Positions 52,393 through 64,000 of a stretch of 64,000 nucleotides of DNA are shown piece by piece; positions within the stretch are counted from its first letter, which is position 1; every line of letters starts with the position of its first letter. Below the pieces are notes generated by a model. It was given only the letters and a program-made list of their open reading frames with translations. It made no database searches and had not been told where the DNA came from. Where the stretch lies: positions 44,888,001 through 44,952,000 of the forward strand of contig NC_042998.1 of NCBI RefSeq assembly GCF_006345805.1. The letters are read 5' to 3'. Source of the DNA: Octopus sinensis (lineage: Eukaryota). The position numbers and the translations under genes are program-made.

Positions 52393-53314
52393 CGTGCCTG
52401 TATAAGTACATATCCGATGTTAGTTTCACATCATTGCTTGGCATTTCATTTATACATCTGCTTCCGAATTCAACATTAATGAATCTGGTGTTTGCTTTTT
52501 TTTTTTTTTGTACATTTATTTTATCTTATTTATTTATATATTTATTTATTCATTCATTTATTCTTTTAGATAGTAACCCAGTAATTTTAAAGAATTCGAA
52601 CCCACCACATTTCGCTTTGGAGCATACTACGACTGAATGCAACTAATTAACGTTTGTTCATTGTTCGTTGCACTTCCCTTCTTCCCCCTTCTTCATGTTT
52701 ACTGCTTGTTTGTCTAAGCTTCAGTGAACGTGTAAGAAACGTAAAAACCTTTCATAGCTTTTGCTTCGGCTCCTGCTACTGTTGTTGTTGGTGATGGTGT
52801 TTCAGTTCAAGGTCAGCCTTCACTGAACAGATCTATGATCAAAGGAGTTTCCAACCGTAACCATCCCGTCATTATCTCGGTCATTCCGTATCTAGGACGC
52901 ATATCGCCTCACCATTGTCACTCTAGTCTCAAAAGCGAGCTGTATAATTTACTGGAGAAAGATTTTGCTGCTGCTACTGCTGTTATTATTATTATTATTG
53001 TTGTTGTTTACTCCCAAAGTCAGCCTCCGTTGATCATATCTATTATCAAAGGCATTCTAGTTATGACCACTGTGGCGTAGCTGGAGCTTCTGCCCTCTTC
53101 CCAGAGCAGTCGTGTTGTTTGTCAACCCACCCCCACGAGAAACACAATATTACGCACTTCAAATGTACCGCCCAAAACAAAATACCACAATGGATTGAAC
53201 AGACCATTCCACTCTCGCTTATTCATGACAATTTCTTTTAGGGTTTTTTTAGTATTTTTTGCTTTGCCTTGTCTTAGTCATGCTCAACTTCTATTGTAGC
53301 TGCATTATCTAACC

Positions 53315-53590
53315 CAGAGGCTCTCAACCATTTTTGATCTATAGATCCCTTTGATTATTATTTTATTCTGGTGAAACCCCGTAGCCATTCGATGTTTAAA
53401 AACTAGTTTTATAGAAACTTCCTCCAAAATCCATTTTTCGTTTTACACCCATTAACTTCAGCCGGTTGAATTATGTGAAATGTTTGAGTAAGAAACCTAG
53501 CTGTTTCTTGCAATACAAACGAATTCATACATCTAAAGCAAAATTTTTTCGGGGTCCCTTAAAATATTATTGTGGATCCCCAGTTTTCTA
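53315..53590. mobile_element. Probable hAT (Charlie-type) MITE
   Basis: The 5' end cagaggctctcaacc resembles the Charlie TIR caggggttctcaac. The 3' end ggggtccc...tggatccccagtt is degenerate and no TSD was resolved. Confidence 0.45.
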
Positions 53591-53836
53591 TTTTGCTGTG
53601 TGAACCCCCAAAATTCTTATATGATGAAGGGTCGTTCTTTATGTTACTTGTCTTGTTTCCCATATGTTTCTTTCGTTGTTCGCAAAAAAGTTCGTATTCC
53701 ATGTTTTCGTATTTCATGTTGTTTACGTTCTATGACGTCCTGTACCCATATATGCATATGTATATATATATATACATATATAAGTATGTACATATATGTA
53801 CGTATATATGCATATATATATATATATATATATAAC

Positions 53837-53905
<69 letters not shown>

Positions 53906-54522
53906 AAAAGTATATGCATGTATATAAATATATGCATGTATGTACGTATATATATGTATGTACATATATATATAATTATATATATATACGACATGTTTCT
54001 ATATAGTTTCCGCATACCAAAAAGAATTGGTCGCCCCGGGGCTATAGTAAAAGACATTTACCCAAGTTGCTGTACAGTAGAACTGAACTCGAAACCACAT
54101 GGTTGCAAAGCAAGTTCCTTACCCACGCAACTGACTATTTCTTCTGGGTTCTCCACCCACTCACTAAATACGGTCAATTCCCATTTTTCTTCCTTCCTGT
54201 TTTTTTTTCTTTTTAAGATTATAATGTAAAACTTGAGGGGCAATTTTTAACTGTTATTTCTAACTTGTCAAACGACCGTGAAATGATATCCTCGCTGGTT
54301 CGACATACTGGTATTTTAATGAGAATTTACAAGTGTTTCAATATTCCGGCACCTGTTAAGCTAACTGATGCAGAGAGCCATCAAGATTTAAACTGTTTAG
54401 CTTAATCAAGTTCGCCTTCTGTAAATATTTAATTAATGTTTAGAAAAAAAGTTCTATTTATATTTGTATTCAATGTGTCTAAACCCCAGACTATACAGCT
54501 ATTAATATCTCTCTCTCTCCTC

Positions 54523-54560
<38 letters not shown>

Positions 54561-55490
54561 ATCTATCTATCTTCTCTTTCTCTCCCTCTCTCTCTCCTCA
54601 TCTATCTATTTCCTTCTCTTTCTCTCCTCTCGCACACTTTCTAACGAAACATATCATCTTGAAGGACAGACAGTATATAATCAACATCATCATCATCATC
54701 ATCACCGTCTTCTTATTCTCCTCCACCTCTTCTTCCTCGTTTTCATGTTCTTCATTTCCGTTCTGTCTTGTATTGCACACATTGGTCTATCATAGAACAG
54801 TTCCAGTAGCATTTTTACCACTCTATGAGAAGAGGTTTCTAGAGAAAAGGATATTGTGATTGGATTTCTCACGCACTTCTCACAACGCAAAGCTGACGAT
54901 TCTGAGAGACAGACAGACAAACAGATAGAGACAGATAGACAGACAGACTACAAAATGAAAGATATAGAAAAATTATCAACCCCAGTACATGATTTGCACT
55001 TTAACGACCACAGAAGGGAAAGGAAAATAAAGACAAAGTTGACACCGGCGGGATTTGAACCCATAATTGCAGAGAATTAGAACAAATACTGTCAAGAATT
55101 CTTTCCAACGATCTAATTCGCTCTGCTAATTCGCTACTTTCATATCACTAGTAAAACATAGGAATCCAACGAATTTAGCGATGATCTGTATCCCCAATAA
55201 GTAATACAAGTATTTCAAATAGAGAAATAAATGCTTTATGCTGTAAGGTAACAGAGAATTCTTACGTTTCAGGCAGAAATGTTCGTCAGTAAGAATGATA
55301 TGAAATTTCATCTCTTTCCAACGAAACATTAGATTTCTCTCCTGTCTTATATCATTTATTTCATTGTTTGAACATAAAGAGTCAAAGTGATTAGGAGGCT
55401 TCTACGTAGTCGCTCAATGGGATAGAAATAATCGCCGGAGTTTCCCTCAAAATAATAACCTTTCTTTTGATAAAGGAAGGATACAGAGTA

Positions 55491-55543
55491 GTCCCAGGGT
55501 TGTCCCAGGGTTGTCCCAGGGTGGTGCCAGGGTTGTCCCCGGG
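55491..55543. repeat. 11-bp minisatellite (GTCCCAGGGTT) x about 5
   Basis: gtcccagggtt gtcccagggtt gtcccagggtg gtgccagggtt gtccccggg. Confidence 0.9.
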
Positions 55544-56099
55544 CTAAACATTAACTAGTTTTCTATTGTGATTCCATTCGCATCAATGATGCTTTATAAA
55601 AATATCAAATCGACCCTAGTATTTTACTGGTACTTTATTTTATCAATAAAAGGGTCAGAATAAAAATGCTAGACGGCTATATCCTCGGGGTACCTTCTCT
55701 AAGAAGTACATATCGTCAAATCCTGGCTAACATAATGAATGTAGTGTGCGATAAAGAATTTCAATAAATTGATTTTCTCTCCACATGGCATTAAGTATGT
55801 TATCCAGCAGTTAAGTATAAAAACCAATTGGCAACTAATGCATTTAACAATTGTTTACAGCTAAGTGGATTTTTTTTTTTAATTTCACCTCGAGGCATTT
55901 CACACTGCGGGAAAAGATATAGAAATCCTTACTTGAGCTTCAATAAGCTTGTATTCCAACCAACTCAGCTAGTAGTGAGTCTGAAATGTAATATGCTATA
56001 AAACTGCAAGTGTATAATATGTCTATTTTCACCACGATAAGAATTAGAGCTTCTTATAATAGATAGCATTAGGCCGTAAGGTTTTCCTCGTCCACTTTT

Positions 56100-56246
56100 A
56101 CATGTTTCAGTCATTAGGCTGTGGCCATGCTGGGGCACCACCTTGAAGAATTTTTAGTCAAATGAATCAACTCCAGTACTTCTTTCTTTACATTGCGGGG
56201 ACGCAAACACACCAGCACCGGATGTCAAGCTGTGCTAGGAGGACAA

Positions 56247-56283
<37 letters not shown>

Positions 56284-56435
56284 CGACGGGCTTCTTTCGG
56301 TTTCCGTCAACCAAATCTACTCACAAGGCCCGAGACTATAGTAGAAGGCAGTTGCCCAAGGTGCCACACATCGGGAATGAACCTGGAACCATGCAGTTGG
56401 AAAGCAAGATCCTTAGCACACAGCCACGCCTGCGT
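56100..56435 (-). mobile_element. SINE family B with internal deletion
   Basis: gtttcagtcatt.ggctgtggccatgctgggg...cacacagccacgcctgcg. Confidence 0.8.
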
Positions 56436-57271
56436 CGGTACTTTTATTAAGAAAACAAAACAATATCATAAAGCTTTATTATTTTTCAAATTATTTTTTA
56501 TTAAATATTAATATATTTTGCTGACGTCAGAAGAATAACTTCGTTCGAGGATGTGAAATAATTCTTTGTTTTTTTATGGTTTCTTTTTCTTAGGAACGGT
56601 GAATCATCGAAGTAAATAAAAGTAAATAAAATATATATATAATAGCGTGTAAATATCATCTACTTAGGCTTCTAATCCTCTTTTAGTCAAACACAAAACT
56701 TAATTCATTTCAATTAAAAAGAAGCAAAGTATTGTAAGCCACACTATAATTTGCGAAAAAATTATCTGTGCGCAGATTATGCATTGCCTTCCGATCCCAT
56801 TTATTTAATTTTAATTATTTTATTTTCTCTTTAATTTAAATAATCTTTTGAGATATAGGCAAAAGTCTGAAATTTTGCGAAGTGGGTAGACGGTTACATC
56901 GATCCCAGTTCCCAACTAGTACTTATTTCATCGACCCCACCAACACCACCACAAAAAAAAATGAAAGGCGAAGTAAACCTCGTCGGGATTTGAACTCGTG
57001 CGATTTGAACTCAGCGTAAAGATGGACGAAATACCGCCAAGTATTTTGTGGAGCATGCTAACGATTCTTCAAGTTCGCTGCCTTAAAATGGAACCCATGA
57101 TAATATTACCATTCGTTAACGCTAAGAATTTTTCCGGCGTGCTTACGATTCTAACAGATTCTATTTTCTTTGAGGGCAGTGAACTGGTAGAATCATTAGA
57201 TCTCTAAAGAATATCTTAAAGTAACTAACGTTTCTTAATGTACTGAGTGAGCGCAAATCCCACTTGCGGGT

Positions 57272-57693
57272 TCTTTTACTCTTTCACTCTTTTACTTGTT
57301 TCAGTCATTTGACTGTGGTCATGCTGGAGCACCTCCTTTTAGTCGAGCAAATCGACCCCAGGACTTATTCTTTGTAAGCCTAGTACTTATTCTATCGGTC
57401 TCTTTTGCCGAACCGCTAGATTACGGGGACGTAAACACACCAGCATTGGTTGTCATGCGATGTTGGGGGGACAAACACAGACACACAAACATATACACAT
57501 ACACATACATGTGTATATATACATATATACGACGGGTTTCTTTCAGTTTCCGTCTACCAAATCCACTCACAAGTCTTTGGTCGGCCCGAGGCTATAGTAG
57601 AGGACACTTTCCCAAGGTGCCACGCAGTGGGACTGAACCCGGAACCATGTGGTTCGTAAGCAAGCTACTTACCACACAGCCACTCCTACGCCT
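57272..57693 (-). mobile_element. SINE family B, full length
   Basis: Reverse complement of the consensus, head to tail. Confidence 0.9.
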
Positions 57694-58203
57694 ACGGTTC
57701 AGTAAATAAAGTACCAGTCCAATACTGTGGTCCATATAGTCATTTAATTCCACCTTCAAAATTTAAGACATAGTGACAATGAAATCATTTTAAAGTTTGA
57801 AAGACAAAAAGCAAAATAATTCAAAATGAATTCATTATTTCTTCTCACGATCTTCAATAGTCAACACGTAGAGATAAAGTTTATCTCTGATTTCCTCCAT
57901 ATTAAATGCATGAGGCACAAATCTTCCTCTTGACAGAAGGCTAATCTCTCGTAGATATCTTTATTTTTTGCGCGCGGACGCAACCGAGATTCATTACAAC
58001 TGTAATATATACCGCCCGCCCTGCACTGCAGATCCTGTACTCGAAGGTATATAAGACGCAATATCTTTTCCCCAAAATTAGTGTTTAACACTAGAAGTAC
58101 CAAGCGGTCGTTTATGACCGCTTTTGCTTTTTACTTTTTGATTCTTACGACTGTATTGAATGTGCAATCATGAACATCATTTCATATATATATATGTGTA
58201 TTA

Positions 58204-58431
58204 AGGCGGCAAGCTGGCAGAAACGTTAGCGCGCCGGGTGAAATGCTTAGCGGTATTTCGTCTGCCATTACGTTCTGAGTTCAAATTCCGCCTAGGTCGA
58301 CTTTGCTGTTCATCCTTTCGGTGTCGATAAATAAAGTACCAGTTACGCACTGGGGTCGATGTAATCGACTTAATTTCTTTGTCTGTCCTTGTTTGCCCCT
58401 CTATGTTTAGCCCCTTGTGGGTAATAAAGAA

Positions 58432-58434
<3 letters not shown>
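58204..58434 (+). mobile_element. SINE family A monomer
   Basis: Full head to tail aaagaaata. Confidence 0.9.
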
Positions 58435-58473
<39 letters not shown>

Positions 58474-59173
58474 CTTTTGTGGGATGAGGGATACATAGAT
58501 AAATACAAAAAGTCTATATTTTCAAATCCTTTATTCACTATGATCTGATCGCTATGGTCCTTGTAGGAAGTAAGAAATGTTGGTACTTCTTGTGCTAAAA
58601 GAATCACTCCAGGTCCTGTAATCAAATTTGGACCACACAGGAGCTAATTTTGTCCCTGGCACCCACAGTCTCCTGAATATGCGCTAATGAAGTTGAAGTC
58701 TTAGTCCTGAAAACTGTCACCAATGGTACAAGAGAAGTACCATTTTTATTTCAGCCGATTGTCAGGTACTGCCAACCGCTATATGCTGATGGAATAGTTG
58801 ACTCGTTATATTAGGTGCCTTCCAAGTGCTGGGGTCAATTTATATTTCTATACTGCATCCAAAATTTCAATGGAAACACGGTTTCAAATTTTAGCACAAG
58901 GCCAGTAATTTCGAAATGAGTGGTAATGACTAACCTTCTGTACTAGATTAGGTACTTTGGGGTGACCTGGGTAGAACGTAAAGAACCGGAAGAAATGCTT
59001 CTAAGCATTTTGTTTAACCCCACTCCCACCGCCATCGATTGATTTTTCCAGCTTGCCGTCTTATTTCAGCAGAATAATTCTTTCTAATTTTGGCACAAAG
59101 CCAGCAATTTTGAGGGAAAGGGGAAAGAAAGTTACATCGACCCCACCAATACTTAACTGGTATTGACTCCTGA

Positions 59174-59397
59174 GGCTGGCAGAATCGTTAGCACGCCGGG
59201 CGAAATGCTTAACGGTATTTCGTCTGCCGTTACGTTCTGAGTTCAAATTCCGCCGAGGTCAACTTTGCCTTTCATCCTTTCGGGGTCGATTAAATAAGTA
59301 CCAGTTATACACTGGGGTCAATGTAATCGACTTAATCCATTTGTGTGTCCTTGTTTGTCCCCTCTGTGTTTAGCCCCTTGTGGGCAGTAAAGAAAAA
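59174..59397 (+). mobile_element. SINE family A nested in an antisense family A remnant
   Basis: 15-bp TSD ggtattgactcctga at 59159-59173 and 59398-59412. Confidence 0.9.
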
Positions 59398-60034
59398 GGT
59401 ATTGACTCCTGAAGAATGCAAGACAAAGTCGGTCATTAAACTCAGAAAGCAAAGAGCCGGATGGCAATATTTATTCCACCTTTTTTTTTTTATTATTTAC
59501 ATTGTGAGTTAAAATCCTGACCAGGTCAACTTTGCCTATCGTCTTTTCCGAAGCAAAAACTGAAAGCATTTTGTCCGGCACATTAAATGATTCTGTCAGT
59601 AATTTTAAGGAAGGAGAGTAAGTCGATTACAGCCACCTCAGTGTTTAAACTGGTACTTAATTTTATCCACCATAAAAGGATACAAAACAGAACTGGATTC
59701 AGAGGAATTTGAAGCCAACAGAAACACTGCTGAGTATGTTTTTTTTTTTCGGCCGCGTAAGCGATTCTACCAGTTCGCCGCCTTAATTTCAATGGAATAA
59801 TAAAAGAAGACAAAACGAGATTCCGCCATAATGTCTGCTTTCATTAAATTCAAAACTCTTTTCGAATTCCGAGCAAAATTTGCTACACTAATGACAATGA
59901 AGGAATTATATTAGAAATACTAGCCAGTATTCAATATGTCTCCTCCTCCTACTCCTCCTCTCCAATATTCGCTGTCAAACTAAAGTTACTTGTTTTTAAT
60001 CTTTTTTGTTTGTTTGCATTTGCCTTTTGCTGCA

Positions 60035-60086
<52 letters not shown>

Positions 60087-60188
60087 TATATATATATATA
60101 TATATATATTATACATACATACATTATATATATATATACATATATATATACATACATATATACATATATATATATATACACATATATA

Positions 60189-60237
<49 letters not shown>

Positions 60238-60265
60238 TTACACATACAAAGTCACATATACATAT

Positions 60266-60306
<41 letters not shown>

Positions 60307-60499
60307 AAGATTTTACATACATATACATAGTCATAGATATGTATATATATACATGTATACACACACATACATACACACACACACACACACTCAAACACAT
60401 ATACAAAGAAAGAGAGGAAGAAGGGGAAAGAGAGATTAGCAAAGTTTTTACATCTCCTTTTGCTGCAGCTAATCTAAATTTAAAATTTGTCATAGTCGG

Positions 60500-60560
60500 A
60501 ACAACAACAACAACAGCAATAATAATAATAATAATAATGATGATGATAATAATAATAATG

Positions 60561-60600
<40 letters not shown>

Positions 60601-60614
60601 TAATGATGATGATG

Positions 60615-60679
<65 letters not shown>

Positions 60680-60713
60680 AAGAAGAAGAAGAGGAAGAAG
60701 AATGATGATGATG

Positions 60714-60778
<65 letters not shown>

Positions 60779-60827
60779 AAGAAGAAGAAGAAGAAGAAGA
60801 AGAATGATGGTGATGATAATAATAATA

Positions 60828-60882
<55 letters not shown>

Positions 60883-60921
60883 GTAATGAGAAGACGAAGA
60901 AGAAGAAGAATGATGATGATG

Positions 60922-60973
<52 letters not shown>

Positions 60974-61015
60974 TGATAATAATAATAACAATAATAATCT
61001 ATAATAATAATAAGA
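60500..61015. repeat. (AAT)n array with a higher-order AAG/GAT block
   Basis: The block gagaagaag...aagaatgatg.tgatgataat recurs at 60677, 60776 and 60888. Confidence 0.95.
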
Positions 61016-61768
61016 CCATATTTCAAATTATGATTGATGGTAAGTGCGTCATCGCCGACATTTACCAGAAAGTATGGAAGATAAATTTAGGATCTGTTCA
61101 ACATGTTCGGCGACGATGGTAGTTGGTGAATCATCGACAACTTTGTTTTATTCTATTTAATCATTTGCTTTGTTATTGTTCTTGATGTCGTCGTTACTGT
61201 TGTCAATTTTGTTATTATTGTTTTTTTTCTTCTTTTCATAAGCAATTGATTAAATGCTTAGACAATTGTAGCCAAGAATATACATTCTTGTCTCTAATGT
61301 TTAAAAAGATGGCGTATGTTGGTGTTGTTTTTGTTTGGCTGCACCGTTCCTCACTGCACCGCCCGGCCCGTCCCATTCCATAGTTCAACCCCGATCGACC
61401 AGATCCAAATGGTGAAAGGCATTCCACCGATCCATCCAACCATGACTATCGCGCCTTTCTATGGACATCTAAGTCTTCATATATATCTAATGAGTCCGTC
61501 TGCTCCTCTTTTATTTTTAAGGAAATGGATTTGAGTGAGATCATATTTTACTATTTCTAGCGTTTCGGGCGATCACCTAGCGGTTCCTCCCTTTGGCTGG
61601 TGGAGGGGGGGGATATGTCTGTCTGTAAAAGAGACGATGATTCAATGTCAGATAACGACTGATAAGAGTAGATTTCAAATACACTATCATTTCAACGTGT
61701 CTTATTTTGTTGTCTAGCCCAGGGTCAATCCCGATCGAGTAAACCTATGATCAACAACATCATGAACA

Positions 61769-62005
61769 GGCGGCGAGCTGGCAGAATCGTTAGCAGGCCG
61801 GACGAAATGCTTACCGGTATTTCGTCCGCCATTACATTCTGCGTTCAAATTCTGCCGAGGTCGACTTTGCCTTTCATCCTTTCGGGGTCGATAAATTAAG
61901 TACCAGTTACGCACTGGGGTCGATGTAATCGACTTAATCCGTTTGTCTGTCCTTGTTTGTCCCCTCTGTGTTTAGCCCCTTGTGGGCAATAAAGAAATAA
62001 GAAAT
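61769..62005 (+). mobile_element. SINE family A monomer
   Basis: 13-bp TSD aacatcatgaaca at 61756-61768 and 62006-62018. Confidence 0.92.
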
Positions 62006-62129
62006 AACATCATGAACATCACGTGTTTTCAAGGGACTTCTTTTTCTCTCACATAACGTATCCAACACTACATTATCGGATATGTCCTTCCATTCTTTTC
62101 AATGGAGTTGCGCATAAACTAATCCAGTC

Positions 62130-62480
62130 TGGATTTTACATTTCATGTCCTCTCCAGTTTTGCGCAGGCCTGGGCTAGAGGTAAGAAAATCCTGGGTAGC
62201 CCAATCGTCAGGATTCCTCTCTCGACCTTGCTGACGTAGTCCAAAGGAGTGCAGAGCATTACGTATGGCACCAGCTTGGTTGCAGGAGATGCCGGAAGAG
62301 TGTTGAGTCGAACACTAAACCGTCTACGGGGCTCCACTCTGGGTTTCTTTGAAGGTTTTCTCCTTTCCGTAACCCTGGATAGGGGCCCATACCGGGTACT
62401 GTCAGCCGGAGACAGCTGAGCCCGGAACTCGTGTCAGGCAGGGTCGTCACTCCCTGAAGTGGTGAAGAAAATCGCTACCC
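62130..62480 (-). mobile_element. Probable RTE-type LINE 5' UTR fragment
   Basis: GC-rich block (ggagcccc...gctggtgcca...ggactacgtcagcaaggtcgagagaggaatcctgacga...gcccaggcctgcgc) recalled as similar to RTE 5' regions. No coding motif seen. Confidence 0.4.
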
Positions 62481-62963
62481 ACTACCTACATTGTTAAATA
62501 TTGATCTCTTATTTAAGCACACCACTTAAAATTTATTGGGAAGGCGTATAGTCGATTATAAGGACTTCAGTATTTGCGAGATACTGTTATTTTTGTTAAA
62601 TCCAGATAAGTGAAAACCAAAGTTGACCATGGTGTGGTTTGAAAAAGAAACATAAACACCAACAATAAATATCGCCAAACGACTCAGCCAATGCAGCGCA
62701 CAATAGATGTAAGTAGTAAAAATTGTTTTGCCTCAAAATATGAAGTTAAAAGCTCGAAATTTCCTAAATTTATTAGCAACTTATCAAATACATTTAGACA
62801 TTTTATCAAAATCTAATACAAGAGAGATAAACTTCGATGAAATTCGAAATATGTCGGTTGTAATCGGAATAATAAGGAAAAATGTCGAAGAATACTACAC
62901 ACGCACATGTATGTGTGTGTGTGAGTATATATTTACACACACACACACATGTGTGTGTGCGCG

Positions 62964-62995
<32 letters not shown>

Positions 62996-64000
62996 TGTAT
63001 GTATGTATGTATGTATGTATGTATGTATGTATGTATGTATACGCTTTATGTCACCGTTGCGATTGCACAATATTTTGAAATATCATAACGATAATAAATC
63101 ATGTTTTGTTCACATTGTAAGGCTACAATCTTTGACAATATGGCTCCTTTTCAAATAACTACGACGATCATTTCTGTCGGCTGTTGTTTGCTACAATATT
63201 TGACTTGCTCAATACCGTTAAATTCAAATATTTATTATTTCTTGCGAAAACATTTTTCTCTTCTTTTTCTTCATATGTTTTGTGATTATGCCCTGGAAGC
63301 ATAACGACTCCTTTACAATATCATAGCATCCAATACCGTCACTCTTACAGCAACAAATATAACCTCTATCATTTCATCACTGCTATGACCTAATTTAGCT
63401 ATCATAGCTTTTTTTCTTATCCACTTACGCAGACTACTATGAAAATAAAAACGATAAAAAAAAAATAGCTCAAATTTTCATGACAGTTATTACTTTCTTC
63501 ACATCTGTTTGCGAGTCTTATAACTGTTGGACAAAATACATTATCCTGATACTTGATATAAGAATACAGATAATTCAAAATTTATGGGGATTTTAAAACT
63601 CACATGTGTTTGTTCTGGGGTAGATCAACACGCCTTCAAGGTCGCCACCATCCAGATATTTAAATGAATGCTTTAAATAAAATGCTCCTCTTCAATGAAC
63701 GCTTAGAGGAACATTTCTGAGGATTCAAGGTAATTCGTTGAGATAGCTTGAGAGGTATTGAACTTTTCTGCAATATGATACCTCGAAGAAAAGCTACAAA
63801 CTGTAAGCGAACAGGTTCGTTAAATATTTTGAATTCAAGCAAAAGATTCAGTTTCTTGCATTGTATTCTGTTTTACAATGTTTCATATATGGATTTCATA
63901 CAATGGCGCAAAAACAGTCTGATGCCCACTACTGGTTCTTTATTTGTATGCTTGAAAAGGAAATAGCTTTAAAATGCGAACACACATACATATATACATA

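Noticed and set aside
62380-62480. HDV-like ribozyme expected at an RTE 5' end
   Set aside because: I could not thread P1/P2/P3/P1.1 through the sequence by hand; only a P4-like hairpin (cagctg-tctc-cggctg) is evident.

Overview
This is AT-rich, repeat-dense eukaryotic DNA. Its SINE and microsatellite landscape looks like an octopus (coleoid cephalopod) genome; that is an inference from recalled repeat families, not a database hit. Almost all ORFs in the supplied track are microsatellite artefacts. The window contains: (1) very many (TA)n, (TATG)n, (GATA)n, (CA)n and trinucleotide arrays; (2) dozens of tRNA-derived SINE copies of at least five families, several with clear target-site duplications (TSDs); (3) relics of mariner, hAT and piggyBac-type DNA transposons, and of CR1/L2-like, RT-core, RLE (R4/Dong-like), RTE-like and Penelope-like retroelements; (4) two long inverted-repeat pairs; (5) a few weak candidate exons of an unidentified gene. 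The most interesting signal is a set of type I hammerhead ribozyme motifs. Three copies of one family combine a tRNA-Arg-like Pol III head, an (AAT)n spacer, a minimal hammerhead and a short tail. One of these sits 26 bp after the C-terminus of a Penelope GIY-YIG ORF. Another is a TSD-flanked insertion whose 3' tail is inverted at its 5' end. Together these suggest a Pol III-driven, ribozyme-bearing, Penelope-mobilised SINE/pLTR. Two unrelated hammerheads lie at 3183-3231 and 41291-41325. Repeat boundaries were read by eye and may be off by about 10-20 bp unless a TSD or TIR defines them.
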